NCBI GenBank assembly: GCA_964291625.2
Contig: OZ220089.1
Span: 640,001 to 704,000, forward strand
Direction of reading: 5' to 3'
Source of the DNA: Candidatus Latescibacterota bacterium
Lineage (GTDB): Bacteria > Latescibacterota > UBA2968 > UBA8231
Length of the DNA stretch: 64,000 nt
In this document: positions 42,401 to 50,897 of the stretch, one piece after another
How the letters are laid out: each line of letters opens with the position of its first letter
How positions within the stretch are numbered: the first letter of the stretch is position 1
Position numbers and translations under genes: made by a program
The notes under the pieces: model-generated
The model's database searches: none
What the model was told of the DNA's origin: nothing
Seen by the model: only the letters and a program-made list of their open reading frames with translations

Positions 42401-43068
42401 CGAGTGTCGCCGGGGTGAACGCCCCGGCCTTCGTTGAGCGATCCGGGAGTGGTTCCGGACCGGCGGCAAGGCGAGAGTGTCGCCGGGGTGAACGCCCCGG
42501 CCTTCGTTGAGCGTGCCCCGTCTCGGTGGCGGCCTGTTCCACTTCGCGGGCGTGTCGCCGGGGTGAACGCCCCGGCCTTCGTTGAGCGGGGCCGGAAGTC
42601 TCGCCCCTTAACCTATCCTTGCCCGTGTGTCGCCGGGGTGAAAGCCCCGGCCTTCGTTGAGCGCTACCCTTGCCCGTGCAAGGTGGACAGTGCCACACAT
42701 TGTGTCGCCGGGGTGAACGGCCCGGCCTTCGTTGAGCGGAGTGGGTGGACCACGACGACGACACTTGAACCTGTGTCGCCGGGGTGAAAGCCCCGGCCTT
42801 CGTTGAGCGCGGATGGTCTCGAGGGTGGTCTGCGCGAGGAGGTAGGTGTCGCCGGGGTGAGCGCCCCGGCCTTCGTTGAACGGTCAATGGTGTCGCCGGG
42901 GTGAACGCCCGGCCCTCGTTGAGCGTTTCCCTTTGACAACCATTGGTCACAGTACGGGCGCGTCTCCGGGGTGAACGCCCCGGCCCGTTGAGCGTTGACG
43001 GTGATGTCTCGCCAGCGCTGAAGGATCCGGGGTGTCGTCGCGGTGAGAGCCCCCGCCACCGTTGAGCG
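39483..43068 (+). CRISPR. CRISPR array, about 50 repeats and 49 spacers
   Basis: 37-bp repeat GTGTCGCCGGGGTGAACGCCCCGGCCTTCGTTGAGCG with GCCGGGG/CCCCGGC hairpin; manual count 43 identical plus 7 progressively degenerate copies from 42627; spacers mostly 34-38 nt (range 7-41). Confidence 0.98.
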
Positions 43069-43076
43069 CTGGAAGC

Positions 43077-43108
43077 GTCCGCCGGGTCTCGCCCGAGACT
43101 CGGCGGAC
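43077..43108 (+). terminator. long hairpin immediately after the array trailer
   Basis: gtccgccgggtctcg-cc-cgagactcggcggac, a 15-bp stem with one G-U pair. Confidence 0.5.
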
Positions 43109-43514
43109 ATTGGACGCACTCCGCGTACCTACTCGAGCTACTTTACGAATCTGCTCCAGTTCCGCCGGTTGATGCGGGGCACCCTGGGCTGACGTCCTGC
43201 CGCTCCACGTCTGAGTTGGCACGCTCCCGTTGAGTTCGCTTTCGGTCACGCTGAATCACTCGCCTCGCAATCCGATCGAACTCTTCAGAAAGAGTCTCCA
43301 GGCTTCGAGACTTCCTCTTCGTCCGTGCCACCAGTCCAGCCTCCTTTTCGCCAGGACACAGTGCCCCGGCGTGTGATGGCCATTCGTCCTCGTAACCCGA
43401 CGACCCCTCCCCGGGTGGGCCCGCCGGAGTTCGGCCTGTAGGGTCAGACTACGGATTGGCAGAGTGATGTCAACCGTGTCGCGGACGACCGGGGTGGGTC
43501 CAGGAAGCAGGCTT

Positions 43515-43578
43515 GACAATTCGGCACTCGACTCCCTTTTTATCATGATAATTCGGGAGTTAAATCCCGATTCATCAT
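43515..43578 (+). repeat. 2 x 32-bp tandem repeat with nested palindromes upstream of the AAA gene
   Basis: gacaattcggcactcgactccctttttatcat / gataattcgggagttaaatcccgattcatcat (23/32 identical); overlaps TTGACA and the ATG. Confidence 0.7.
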
Positions 43579-44761
43579 GTCCCTCCAGCGTCGCTACCTC
43601 CAGGCCCACATCCGGGAAGATCTCGACCGGCGTATGGTCTTCGTCGGCGGTCCCCGCCAGGTGGGCAAGACCACGCTGGCGCGTCTGCTGGGCGAGAACT
43701 TTGGCGCCACGACCTACCGGAACTGGGACCACCGCCCCCACCGGCAGGCCCTGCTCGAGGGGCACTGGCCTCCAAGTATCGACCTGCTCATCCTCGACGA
43801 GATCCACAAGTGGCCCCGGTGGAAGGGGCTGGTCAAGGGGCTGTGGGACACCCGTCCTTCGGGCGAGCGCATCATCGTCACGGGCAGCTCCCGGCTCGAT
43901 ATCTTCCGGCGCGGCGGCGATTCGCTTCTGGGGCGCTACCGCTACTACCGGCTCCATCCCTTCTCGCTGGCCGAGCTGAACGACCCCGGCGCCGCTGCCG
44001 CTCCCTTCCCCACCGCGCCGCCCACCCTGGACTTTGAGCAGGACGGCCGCCACCTGGATACCCTCCTCACCTTCGGCGGATTCCCCGAGCCCTGCCTCTC
44101 CGGACGCGAGCGCACCCTCAGGCGCTGGCAGAAGGAGCGCTTCGAGCGGGTCTTCCGGGAGGACATCCGCGAGACCGAGGCGGTGCGCTTCCTGGCCCGA
44201 GTCGAGCTGCTGGGCAGCCTGCTGCCGGGGCGGGTTGGCTCCCCCCTGCCGATCAGCAGCCTGGCCGAGGATGTCGAGGCCAGCCCCAAGACCGTTCGCA
44301 GCTGGATCGAGCTGCTGGCCCGCAACTACTACCTGTTCCGCGTGCCCCCCTGGCACCGGCGCCTCGAGAGGGCCCTCAAGAAGGAGTCGAAGTACTACCT
44401 GTGGGACTGGTCCGAGGTGAAGGAGAAAGGCCCCCGCTTCGAGAACATGGTCGCCGCCCACCTGCTGAAGCTCTGCCACTACTACGAGGACGCCCACGGC
44501 ATCGACGCGGCGCTCTACTACGTGCGCGACCAGCAGAAGCGGGAGGTCGACTTTCTGGTGGTGTGGGAGGGCGAGCCCTGGTTCCTGGTGGAGTGCAAGG
44601 CCGGCGCCCCAGGAGGACTCGGCCACCTGCGCTACTTCGGCGGCAAGCTGGAAGTCGAGCAGAGGTTCTGCGTCACCCCGTCAGACCAGCACGACTACCT
44701 GGATCTCAACACCGGCATCCGGGTGGTGCCTGCCCGCCGGTTCCTCATGGCGCTGGTGTGA
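43577..44761 (+). CDS. AAA_14 ATPase + DUF4143 (wHTH, PD-(D/E)XK-like C-terminus)
   Basis: GPRQVGKTT, ILDEIHK, VTGSS, GGFPEP, KYYLWD, FENMVA, REVDF...VECK. Confidence 0.93.
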   Translation: MSLQRRYLQAHIREDLDRRMVFVGGPRQVGKTTLARLLGENFGATTYRNWDHRPHRQALLEGHWPPSIDLLILDEIHKWPRWKGLVKGLWDTRPSGERIIVTGSSRLDIFRRGGDSLLGRYRYYRLHPFSLAELNDPGAAAAPFPTAPPTLDFEQDGRHLDTLLTFGGFPEPCLSGRERTLRRWQKERFERVFREDIRETEAVRFLARVELLGSLLPGRVGSPLPISSLAEDVEASPKTVRSWIELLARNYYLFRVPPWHRRLERALKKESKYYLWDWSEVKEKGPRFENMVAAHLLKLCHYYEDAHGIDAALYYVRDQQKREVDFLVVWEGEPWFLVECKAGAPGGLGHLRYFGGKLEVEQRFCVTPSDQHDYLDLNTGIRVVPARRFLMALV

Positions 44762-44792
44762 GCGACGTACGTTGCAGCGACTGCCGGACTGA

Positions 44793-45596
44793 GTGATGAA
44801 CCTCGCATCCTTCACGGGCCCCCAGGCCTTCGGCAGGGCATACCGGCAGATGCTCGACAGCGATGCCCACGCCCCCGGCAGCGTCGATCGCGAGATCGCG
44901 TCGAGCATGGTGCGGCTCCGCGAGGAGACCGCCCCTTACCTCTACGACGCGTACACGGACCTGCGCATCGGGTATATCGCGGGATCTCGTCCAGGCCTCG
45001 AGAGTTTCCTCGCCCGGGCTGAGCCGTCACCCCCTGACCCTGAACGGCAGGTTGCCGCCATCGCCCAGCTCACGGCTGGCTTGGCCGCGAACAGCCGCCC
45101 CGGCGGACTGTCCGAGATGAGATTCGGAGGTAGCGAAGAGGAGATCATCGACAGGGGCTCCGACTGGTGCACCGACGTGGCTCGCGTGGGGTGCGCGCTC
45201 TATCAGGTGGCTGGATTCCCCTGCCGCATGGTGCATCTCTTCAACCTCCATGCAGCGTACAGCGGGCACGTGATCGTCGAGGTCCATCGGTCCGGGCCCT
45301 GGGGAGCCGTCGACACCAGCTCTGGCGTCGTCTACCGAAGTGCTGATGGACTCCCAGCAACGACCTGGGAGCTCATGAACGACGCCGAGCTGGTGACCCG
45401 GCACCAAGGCCCTGAGGCGTGGTACACACACCCGGAGCAGTTCGCGGCGGCGGGCATCGCCAACTACTACCTGTGGAATTGTGGTCGGTACGACTATACG
45501 GTCGCCGGCTTGAACGACTACTACCGCGCCATTCTGTCCATGGCCGACCGGGGCTGGCCGGGCGGCCTCCGCTGGCTCCATGGCGAGGACGGGTGA
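44793..45596 (+). CDS. transglutaminase-like domain protein
   Basis: WCTDVARV...GHVIVEV...WGAVD gives a Cys-His-Asp triad. Confidence 0.8.
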   Translation: MMNLASFTGPQAFGRAYRQMLDSDAHAPGSVDREIASSMVRLREETAPYLYDAYTDLRIGYIAGSRPGLESFLARAEPSPPDPERQVAAIAQLTAGLAANSRPGGLSEMRFGGSEEEIIDRGSDWCTDVARVGCALYQVAGFPCRMVHLFNLHAAYSGHVIVEVHRSGPWGAVDTSSGVVYRSADGLPATTWELMNDAELVTRHQGPEAWYTHPEQFAAAGIANYYLWNCGRYDYTVAGLNDYYRAILSMADRGWPGGLRWLHGEDG

Positions 45597-45614
45597 ACAC
45601 GGAGTTCGAGTCCC

Positions 45615-46352
45615 ATGAAACGGTCTGACACGTCAGAGGAAGGCGACCGTTACTTCGCCGCCGTGGCCGGGTCGTACGATCGGCTCCAGCCCGTGCTGAG
45701 TCCTCCCTACGAGAAGGGCCTTGGGATGATCGTCGATCTCATCCCCTTCGATCCAGAGGAGACCTTCGAGTTCGTCGATCTCGGGTGCGGCACGGCGGAA
45801 CCGAGCCTTCGCGTGCTGCAGCACTTCCCGCAGGCCACCGGTACATGCATCGACGGCGAGCCGGGGATGCTCTCCATGGCCAGGAAGAAGCTCGCCGCCT
45901 TTGAAGGCCGGGCGGAGGTGCTGCAGGGGGACATGACCCGCTGCGAGATCCCCGGGTGCGACGTGGTGCTCTCGGCCAAGGCCGTTCACCACGTGCCCCC
46001 GGACCACCTCTCCGCCCTCTTCGCCAGGGTCCGCGGCGCCCTCCGGCCCGGCGGATGCTTCATCCTCTACGACGCCATATCAGTTGGACCGACCTGGGGA
46101 CCGGTTGCCCGGCTGCAGGCGTCGCGCTTCCGCCAGCGTCACGTTCAGAAGGCCATCGACTCGGGGATCGCCACCCGCGAGGAGATCGAGCGCAGGCAGG
46201 GCTACAAGCGGCGGATGAAGGCCGCGGGAAAGGACGTCGAGTACAAGCACGACGCCGAGGGCTTGATGCGCAGGATGGAGAAGGCCGGGTTCGACGAGGT
46301 CTCCGTCGCCTGGCGGATGTTCGCCGACACGATCCTGGTGGCCTTCAGCTAA
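45615..46352 (+). CDS. class I SAM-dependent methyltransferase
   Basis: VDLGCGTA, CIDG, AVHHV, LRPGGCFILYD. Confidence 0.9.
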   Translation: MKRSDTSEEGDRYFAAVAGSYDRLQPVLSPPYEKGLGMIVDLIPFDPEETFEFVDLGCGTAEPSLRVLQHFPQATGTCIDGEPGMLSMARKKLAAFEGRAEVLQGDMTRCEIPGCDVVLSAKAVHHVPPDHLSALFARVRGALRPGGCFILYDAISVGPTWGPVARLQASRFRQRHVQKAIDSGIATREEIERRQGYKRRMKAAGKDVEYKHDAEGLMRRMEKAGFDEVSVAWRMFADTILVAFS

Positions 46353-46546
46353 GAGGACCGGACCGGAGCGGCGGCGCCTCGAAGGCCCGGCGCATGCACC
46401 CCTGCCCGGTTACGGCAGGCGCCTCGACCCAGGCCTACGAGATCGCCAGGAAGGTCATGCGGCTCCCTCCTCGGACGGAGCCCGAACGCGTCCGACAGAC
46501 CGCCGACCAGACGCGGGGACAGATTCTCGTCAAAGAGGAACTTCAC
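46349..46546 (-). pseudogene. truncated DUF5615 PIN-like toxin
   Basis: MKFLFDENLSPRL matches the family N-terminus; similarity is lost after about 21 residues. Confidence 0.75.
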
Positions 46547-46771
46547 CCGGGCGGGATGGAAACGAGCCTGCGTTCACGCTCCGCCGCGAAGGCGAGGCGC
46601 CGCCCGGATGTCGGCGCGCTCCAAGTCCGGAAAGTCGGCCAGTATCTCCGCTTCCGTCATCCCGGCTGCCAGGTATTCGAGGACATCGTACACCGTGATC
46701 CTGAGCCCGCGAATGCACGGCTTCCCGCCCCTCTTCCCCGGCTCCAGCGTGATGCGATCCAGTCTGCTCAT
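46543..46771 (-). pseudogene. frameshifted DUF433 antitoxin
   Basis: RITLEPGKRGGKPCIRGLRITVYDVLEYLAAGM...DFPDL; expected tail LAFAAERERRLVSIPPG lies in the +1 frame. Confidence 0.8.
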
Positions 46772-46840
46772 GCCTTGTACAATACCCGGTGGCCGAGTCG
46801 AAGGTCAATTGTCGCCGTTCGGCGCTGGGATGGCACGCCC

Positions 46841-46868
46841 ATGTTCGCCGACACGATCCTGTTGGCCT
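46841..46868 (+). repeat. copy of the methyltransferase 3' end (46317..46344)
   Basis: atgttcgccgacacgatcctgttggcct vs atgttcgccgacacgatcctggtggcct (27/28). Confidence 0.85.
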
Positions 46869-46871
46869 CGC

Positions 46872-48206
46872 TCAACCGCCCCCCGTCCACTTGAGATACA
46901 GGTTGACGGCGGTGAAGTTGACGATCGCCCAGAGGCTGGCCAGCAGGCCCAGCTCCAGCCACATCGACATGCGCCGGTCCCGCGCCTCGCGCATGGCCAG
47001 GTGGAGGACGCCGAAGGCCAGGGGGATGAGCAGCAGGTTGTTGGCGTTGGCCCCGAGCAGCACCAGCAGGAAGGGCGTGTCCGACTTCACCAGGATGACG
47101 CACAGCCAGAAGGCCGGGAAGGCCACCTGCAGGGCGCGGGCGACGCGCATGCGTCCGGCCTCGCCGGCGGCGGCGGGCAGCTTCAGGCGCTGCAGGAGGT
47201 CGGCGCCGATCCGTCCCGAGCTGGCGGCGAAGACCAGCAGGGTCGAGAACAGGGTGCAGAAGGCGCCGAACATGAAGACCGCCTTGGCCGCCGGCCCCAG
47301 GGTCTCGGTGAAGATCAGGGAGACCCGGTCGGCCACGTCGATGCCGGCGGGCAGGACCTGCAGCCGCGACAGGACGGAGGCGCCGAGCAGGTAGTAGGCG
47401 CAGGTGATCGCCAGGGCGATCGCCGTGCACACCCCGGCGTCGGTGGCCAGGACCCGCATCCAGCCGCGGTAGCGGGCGCGCCACTCGGGGGTGCCGTCGT
47501 CGGGGCCGACGAAGCGCGGGTAGCCCTTCTCGCGCACCCAGTAGGGATACATGAACAGCTCCACCGCCGTGGCCCCCACCGAGCCCATGACGGCCAGGGC
47601 CACGAAGGCCCCCTCGGCGGGCATCTCGAAGCGGAACCCCGAGGCCAGCTCGGCCGCCGACATGGCGTGGGGGGTGGTCTGCAGCACGATCAGGCAGCCG
47701 ATGACGATGGTGCTGAAGGTCGCCACCAGGACGGTGACCATCTTCTCCAGGTCCTGGTAGAGCCCCCGCCACAGCAACACTGTCAGTACCACGAAGACCA
47801 GCACCGCCCACACCTGGTGGGAGAGGACGGGCAGGACCGTCTGCAACAGGCCGGCCACCGAGCCGAGGATGCCGATGACGGCGATGAAGACCGAGAAGTA
47901 GCCGGCCACGCAGATCCAGGTGGCCAGCGAGACGCCGCCGGGGCGGAACCCGGGGAGCCGGTCGAGGGCGTCGATGGTGGTGTCGTCGTGGAGCAGGCAC
48001 TGGCGGCCCAGCTCCAGCTGGATGAAGAACTTGATGACGCAGGCCAGGATCACTCCCCAGAGGAAGACGAACCCGACCTCGGCGCCCATGCGGGTGGTGA
48101 CCAGCAGCTCGCCGGAGCCGACCACCGAGCCGGAGACCACGACCCCCGGGCCGATGTTGCGCAGCAGGCCCCACAAGCCCCGGGGCGGCGGGCGCCCGGC
48201 GCTCAC
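46872..48206 (-). CDS. Nramp/YcsG-like divalent metal or solute transporter
   Basis: IGPGVVVSGSVVGSGEL, YPYWVREKG, about 11 TM segments. Confidence 0.8.
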   Translation of the reverse strand: MSAGRPPPRGLWGLLRNIGPGVVVSGSVVGSGELLVTTRMGAEVGFVFLWGVILACVIKFFIQLELGRQCLLHDDTTIDALDRLPGFRPGGVSLATWICVAGYFSVFIAVIGILGSVAGLLQTVLPVLSHQVWAVLVFVVLTVLLWRGLYQDLEKMVTVLVATFSTIVIGCLIVLQTTPHAMSAAELASGFRFEMPAEGAFVALAVMGSVGATAVELFMYPYWVREKGYPRFVGPDDGTPEWRARYRGWMRVLATDAGVCTAIALAITCAYYLLGASVLSRLQVLPAGIDVADRVSLIFTETLGPAAKAVFMFGAFCTLFSTLLVFAASSGRIGADLLQRLKLPAAAGEAGRMRVARALQVAFPAFWLCVILVKSDTPFLLVLLGANANNLLLIPLAFGVLHLAMREARDRRMSMWLELGLLASLWAIVNFTAVNLYLKWTGGG

Positions 48207-48529
48207 GTGCGATTCTCCGGGCGGACAGCGGCCCGGCCGCGGGGGAACTCGCCGCCCTGTCGCGCGGCTCGAGCCCCGAGCTCCGGGCGGGCGCGGCTCC
48301 GGCGCCCCGGGAGTCCCTGGTCGCCCCCGGCCGCGGGGCGGGTCCCGGGCTCGCCCGGGGTGGCCTCTTGTCCGGCGATCGGCATTGCCATCGGTCCTCC
48401 TCCAGATGAGCGTCGGCCCTCATCTACGCAGATCGCCGCCGTTCCGGCAAGGGAGGATCGCACCCAGGCTCGCCCGCCTTGCCCTTTGGCGGGGGTCCGG
48501 CTTTCGTTGGCCGCAGGAAAGGAGCCGCC

Positions 48530-49282
48530 ATGCTGTCCACCGAGCAGACCGAACGCTTTCACGACGAGGGATACCTGATCCTGGATCCGTGCCTGGAGGA
48601 GGGGGAGGTGGAGGCCCTGCGCGAGCGCGTGCGGGGGATCGCCGACGGCGAGGTCGATTTCCCCGAGAGCTCCGTCGAGTACGAGCCCGGGGCCTCGGGC
48701 CGGCGCATGGATCACCTTCGCAAGATCAACCACCCCAGCCGCCACGACCCGTTCTTCGTCGACCACGCCCGCCATCCGCGCATCCTCGAGGCGATGGTCG
48801 ACCTCCTGGGCGAGGACGTGAAGCTCTTCGGCGACCAGCTCTTCATGAAGCCCCCCGGCGGCATCGAGAAGACCTACCACCAGGACTGCCCCTACTTCCC
48901 CGTCCGCCCCATGGAGGTGATCACCGCCTGGGTCGCCCTCGACGAGGTGACCCTGGAGAACGGCTGCATGTACGTGGTCCCCGGCAGCCACAAGCTCGGC
49001 GCCGTCGACCACAGCGAGCCGTGGATGGTGGGCGAGCGCAAGGACATGAAGATCCCCGACGCCGCCATCGACCGGGAGCGGGAGCGGCCCGTGACCCTGC
49101 GGGCCGGAGGCTGCTCCTTCCACCACGGCCTGATCCAGCACCGCTCCGGCGCCAACCGCACCCGGAGCTTCCGCCGCGGCCTGGCCACCCACTACATGAC
49201 GGCCAAGTCCCGCTGGACCGGCGAGGGCGAGCAGCCGAGCTACCACCTGCTCAGCGGCCGCGAGTACGAGGGCTGCGTCTGA
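48530..49282 (+). CDS. PhyH family Fe/2OG dioxygenase
   Basis: AAGGAG RBS; YHQDC, AWVALDEVTLENGCMYVVPGSH, HRSGANRT. Confidence 0.92.
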   Translation: MLSTEQTERFHDEGYLILDPCLEEGEVEALRERVRGIADGEVDFPESSVEYEPGASGRRMDHLRKINHPSRHDPFFVDHARHPRILEAMVDLLGEDVKLFGDQLFMKPPGGIEKTYHQDCPYFPVRPMEVITAWVALDEVTLENGCMYVVPGSHKLGAVDHSEPWMVGERKDMKIPDAAIDRERERPVTLRAGGCSFHHGLIQHRSGANRTRSFRRGLATHYMTAKSRWTGEGEQPSYHLLSGREYEGCV

Positions 49283-49340
49283 GCGCCGGCGCCTGAAACG
49301 GCCCTCCGGTGACCTTCCGAGCCCGCCCGGGCCCGCGGAT

Positions 49341-49406
49341 CCCGACGATCACCAGCTCGGCGCCGGGCCAGACCTCCTTCAGCTCCCAAGCGTTGGCGAT
49401 CGGCGC
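49341..49406 (-). pseudogene. fragment resembling the prolyl aminopeptidase C-terminus
   Basis: Reverse strand reads APIANAWELKEVWPGAELVIVG, like the P..AW.L...WP.AEL.IV motif. Confidence 0.45.
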
Positions 49407-49437
49407 CTGGGCCGCGGCCACCTGACTCGTTGCCGCC

Positions 49438-50460
49438 TCAGGCCGGCGCCCGGCGGTCGAGATTCTCCAGAAGCTCCCGGGCCTTCTCGCGGCGCCCGGG
49501 GTCCTTGTCGCGGGCGACGATCCGCTGCAGGGCCGAGCGCGCCCGCGGGTCCCCCTTCTCCGCCATCTCCATGGCCATGGCGTCCCGCCTGTGGTGGTAG
49601 CTGAGATCGTACTCCTTCAGGTCCAGAGTGTGCCCCTCCCAGTAGTAGCGGTACGGCGAGTCGGCCGGCCAGCCGGCGTAGATCTCCTCCCACGTCTGGG
49701 GACGGGTGAAGGGCATCAGCGTCTCCGGGGTGATCGGGTCGCCGACGCGCTGGAAGCGGGCGTCGAGGGACATGCGCAGGCTCTCGGAGACGTTCGGCAC
49801 CCCCCGGTGCACGGCGAGGCTGTGGAAGAACAGGACGTCCCCCTGGGCGAAGGGCCCCCCGCGCCAGGTGCCGTCGAAGGAGCGGGTGATTTCGATGCCG
49901 CCGGCGCCGAGTCCCGGCCGGAAGTCGTAGACCCCGCCCAGGTGCGAGCCCTCGGCGATCTGCACGCCCCCCATCTCCGCGGACAGGTCCGAGAGCGGGA
50001 TCCAGGCGGTGTAGGTCGATTCCGTGCCCTGGATGGGGATGAAGTCCTGGTGCGGAGGCGTCGTGTACGCCTCCCGCTGCGGGAAGATGGCCCGCGGGAT
50101 CAGCCGAGGGTGGGGCAGGATCTCGGCGCCGCCGCAGAGGCGTCCGATCAGGTCGAGCAGCCCGGGGTCGTGCTGCAGGGCGTGGAACTCCTCCAGCCCG
50201 TGGACGGCGCGGATCACGGCCATGTACTCCGGCTGCGGCTCGACGGTGAAACCCTCGAGGTCGGCCACGGCCTCGGCGGGGTCCGTGCCCTCCAGGAGCC
50301 AGCCGGCGTCGCCGGCGAAGTCCAGGAAGCGCCGGCGGACGCGCTCCAAGTGGTCCGCGGGCAGCAGGCCGGGCACGAAGAGGTAGCCGTCGCGGGCCAT
50401 GCGCCGCGCCAGCTCGGGGCCGTCGTCCACGGCGTCGGTGGAATCGAGAAACGGTTTCAC
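49438..50460 (-). CDS. PhyH family Fe/2OG dioxygenase
   Basis: RDGYLFVPG, TPPHQDF, TAWIPL, EGSH, GDVLFFHSLAVHRG. Confidence 0.9.
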   Translation of the reverse strand: MKPFLDSTDAVDDGPELARRMARDGYLFVPGLLPADHLERVRRRFLDFAGDAGWLLEGTDPAEAVADLEGFTVEPQPEYMAVIRAVHGLEEFHALQHDPGLLDLIGRLCGGAEILPHPRLIPRAIFPQREAYTTPPHQDFIPIQGTESTYTAWIPLSDLSAEMGGVQIAEGSHLGGVYDFRPGLGAGGIEITRSFDGTWRGGPFAQGDVLFFHSLAVHRGVPNVSESLRMSLDARFQRVGDPITPETLMPFTRPQTWEEIYAGWPADSPYRYYWEGHTLDLKEYDLSYHHRRDAMAMEMAEKGDPRARSALQRIVARDKDPGRREKARELLENLDRRAPA

Positions 50461-50582
50461 GCTCTTCCCCCAGGTGACGGTGTGGGACGGGTTGCGGCGT
50501 CAAAGGTAGGACATGGCGGAGGGGACCCGCAGGCGCCGCCACCGGGCTCTGCGCCTCCTTGCCGGCGCCTGCGCCCGGGATC

Positions 50583-50864
50583 TGTTGTCGGCTCTCGCCG
50601 CGGCCCCCGCGCCTGGCATCGGCCGCCCGGCCACCGCCGGGAGACGAGGGCGGGAGGGGATCCGCGGACGGCAGTGGGCCGCGGCAACTCCTTGGCCCCT
50701 CGTTCGCCCCCGGATATGTTGTCGGCTCCGTTGCGGCCGCCACCCGCCTGGGCCCGGTCTCTACTGACGGCATCGGGTTTGCCTTCGGCCCATCGCAGCC
50801 GCTGGCCCCCCGTCGGCGGCGTCCACCGCCGGCCGTCACCATGTTGTCGGCTCGCCGCCGACAA
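50583..50864. promoter_or_regulatory. three copies of TGTTGTCGGCTC, the last in an inverted repeat
   Basis: Copies at 50583, 50717 and 50842; TTGTCGGC-N5-GCCGACAA at 50844..50864. Confidence 0.6.
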
Positions 50865-50897
50865 GCCATGACCCACCTCATCCGGAGGACCACGATC

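Noticed and set aside
39483-43068. Self-targeting spacers within the window
   Set aside because: I saw no convincing match by eye; this is not exhaustive and needs BLASTn-short.
39537-43119. Long ORFs with repeating RSTKAGAFTPAT or VAGVNAPAFVER units
   Set aside because: These are translations of the CRISPR repeats, not proteins.
43143-43331. 62-aa minus-strand ORF after the array (possible anti-CRISPR or regulator)
   Set aside because: No recognisable motif; cannot be supported from sequence alone.
43513-43552. Canonical sigma70 promoter TTGACA...TATCAT for the AAA gene
   Set aside because: Spacing is 22 nt, too long; kept only as part of the repeat/operator observation.
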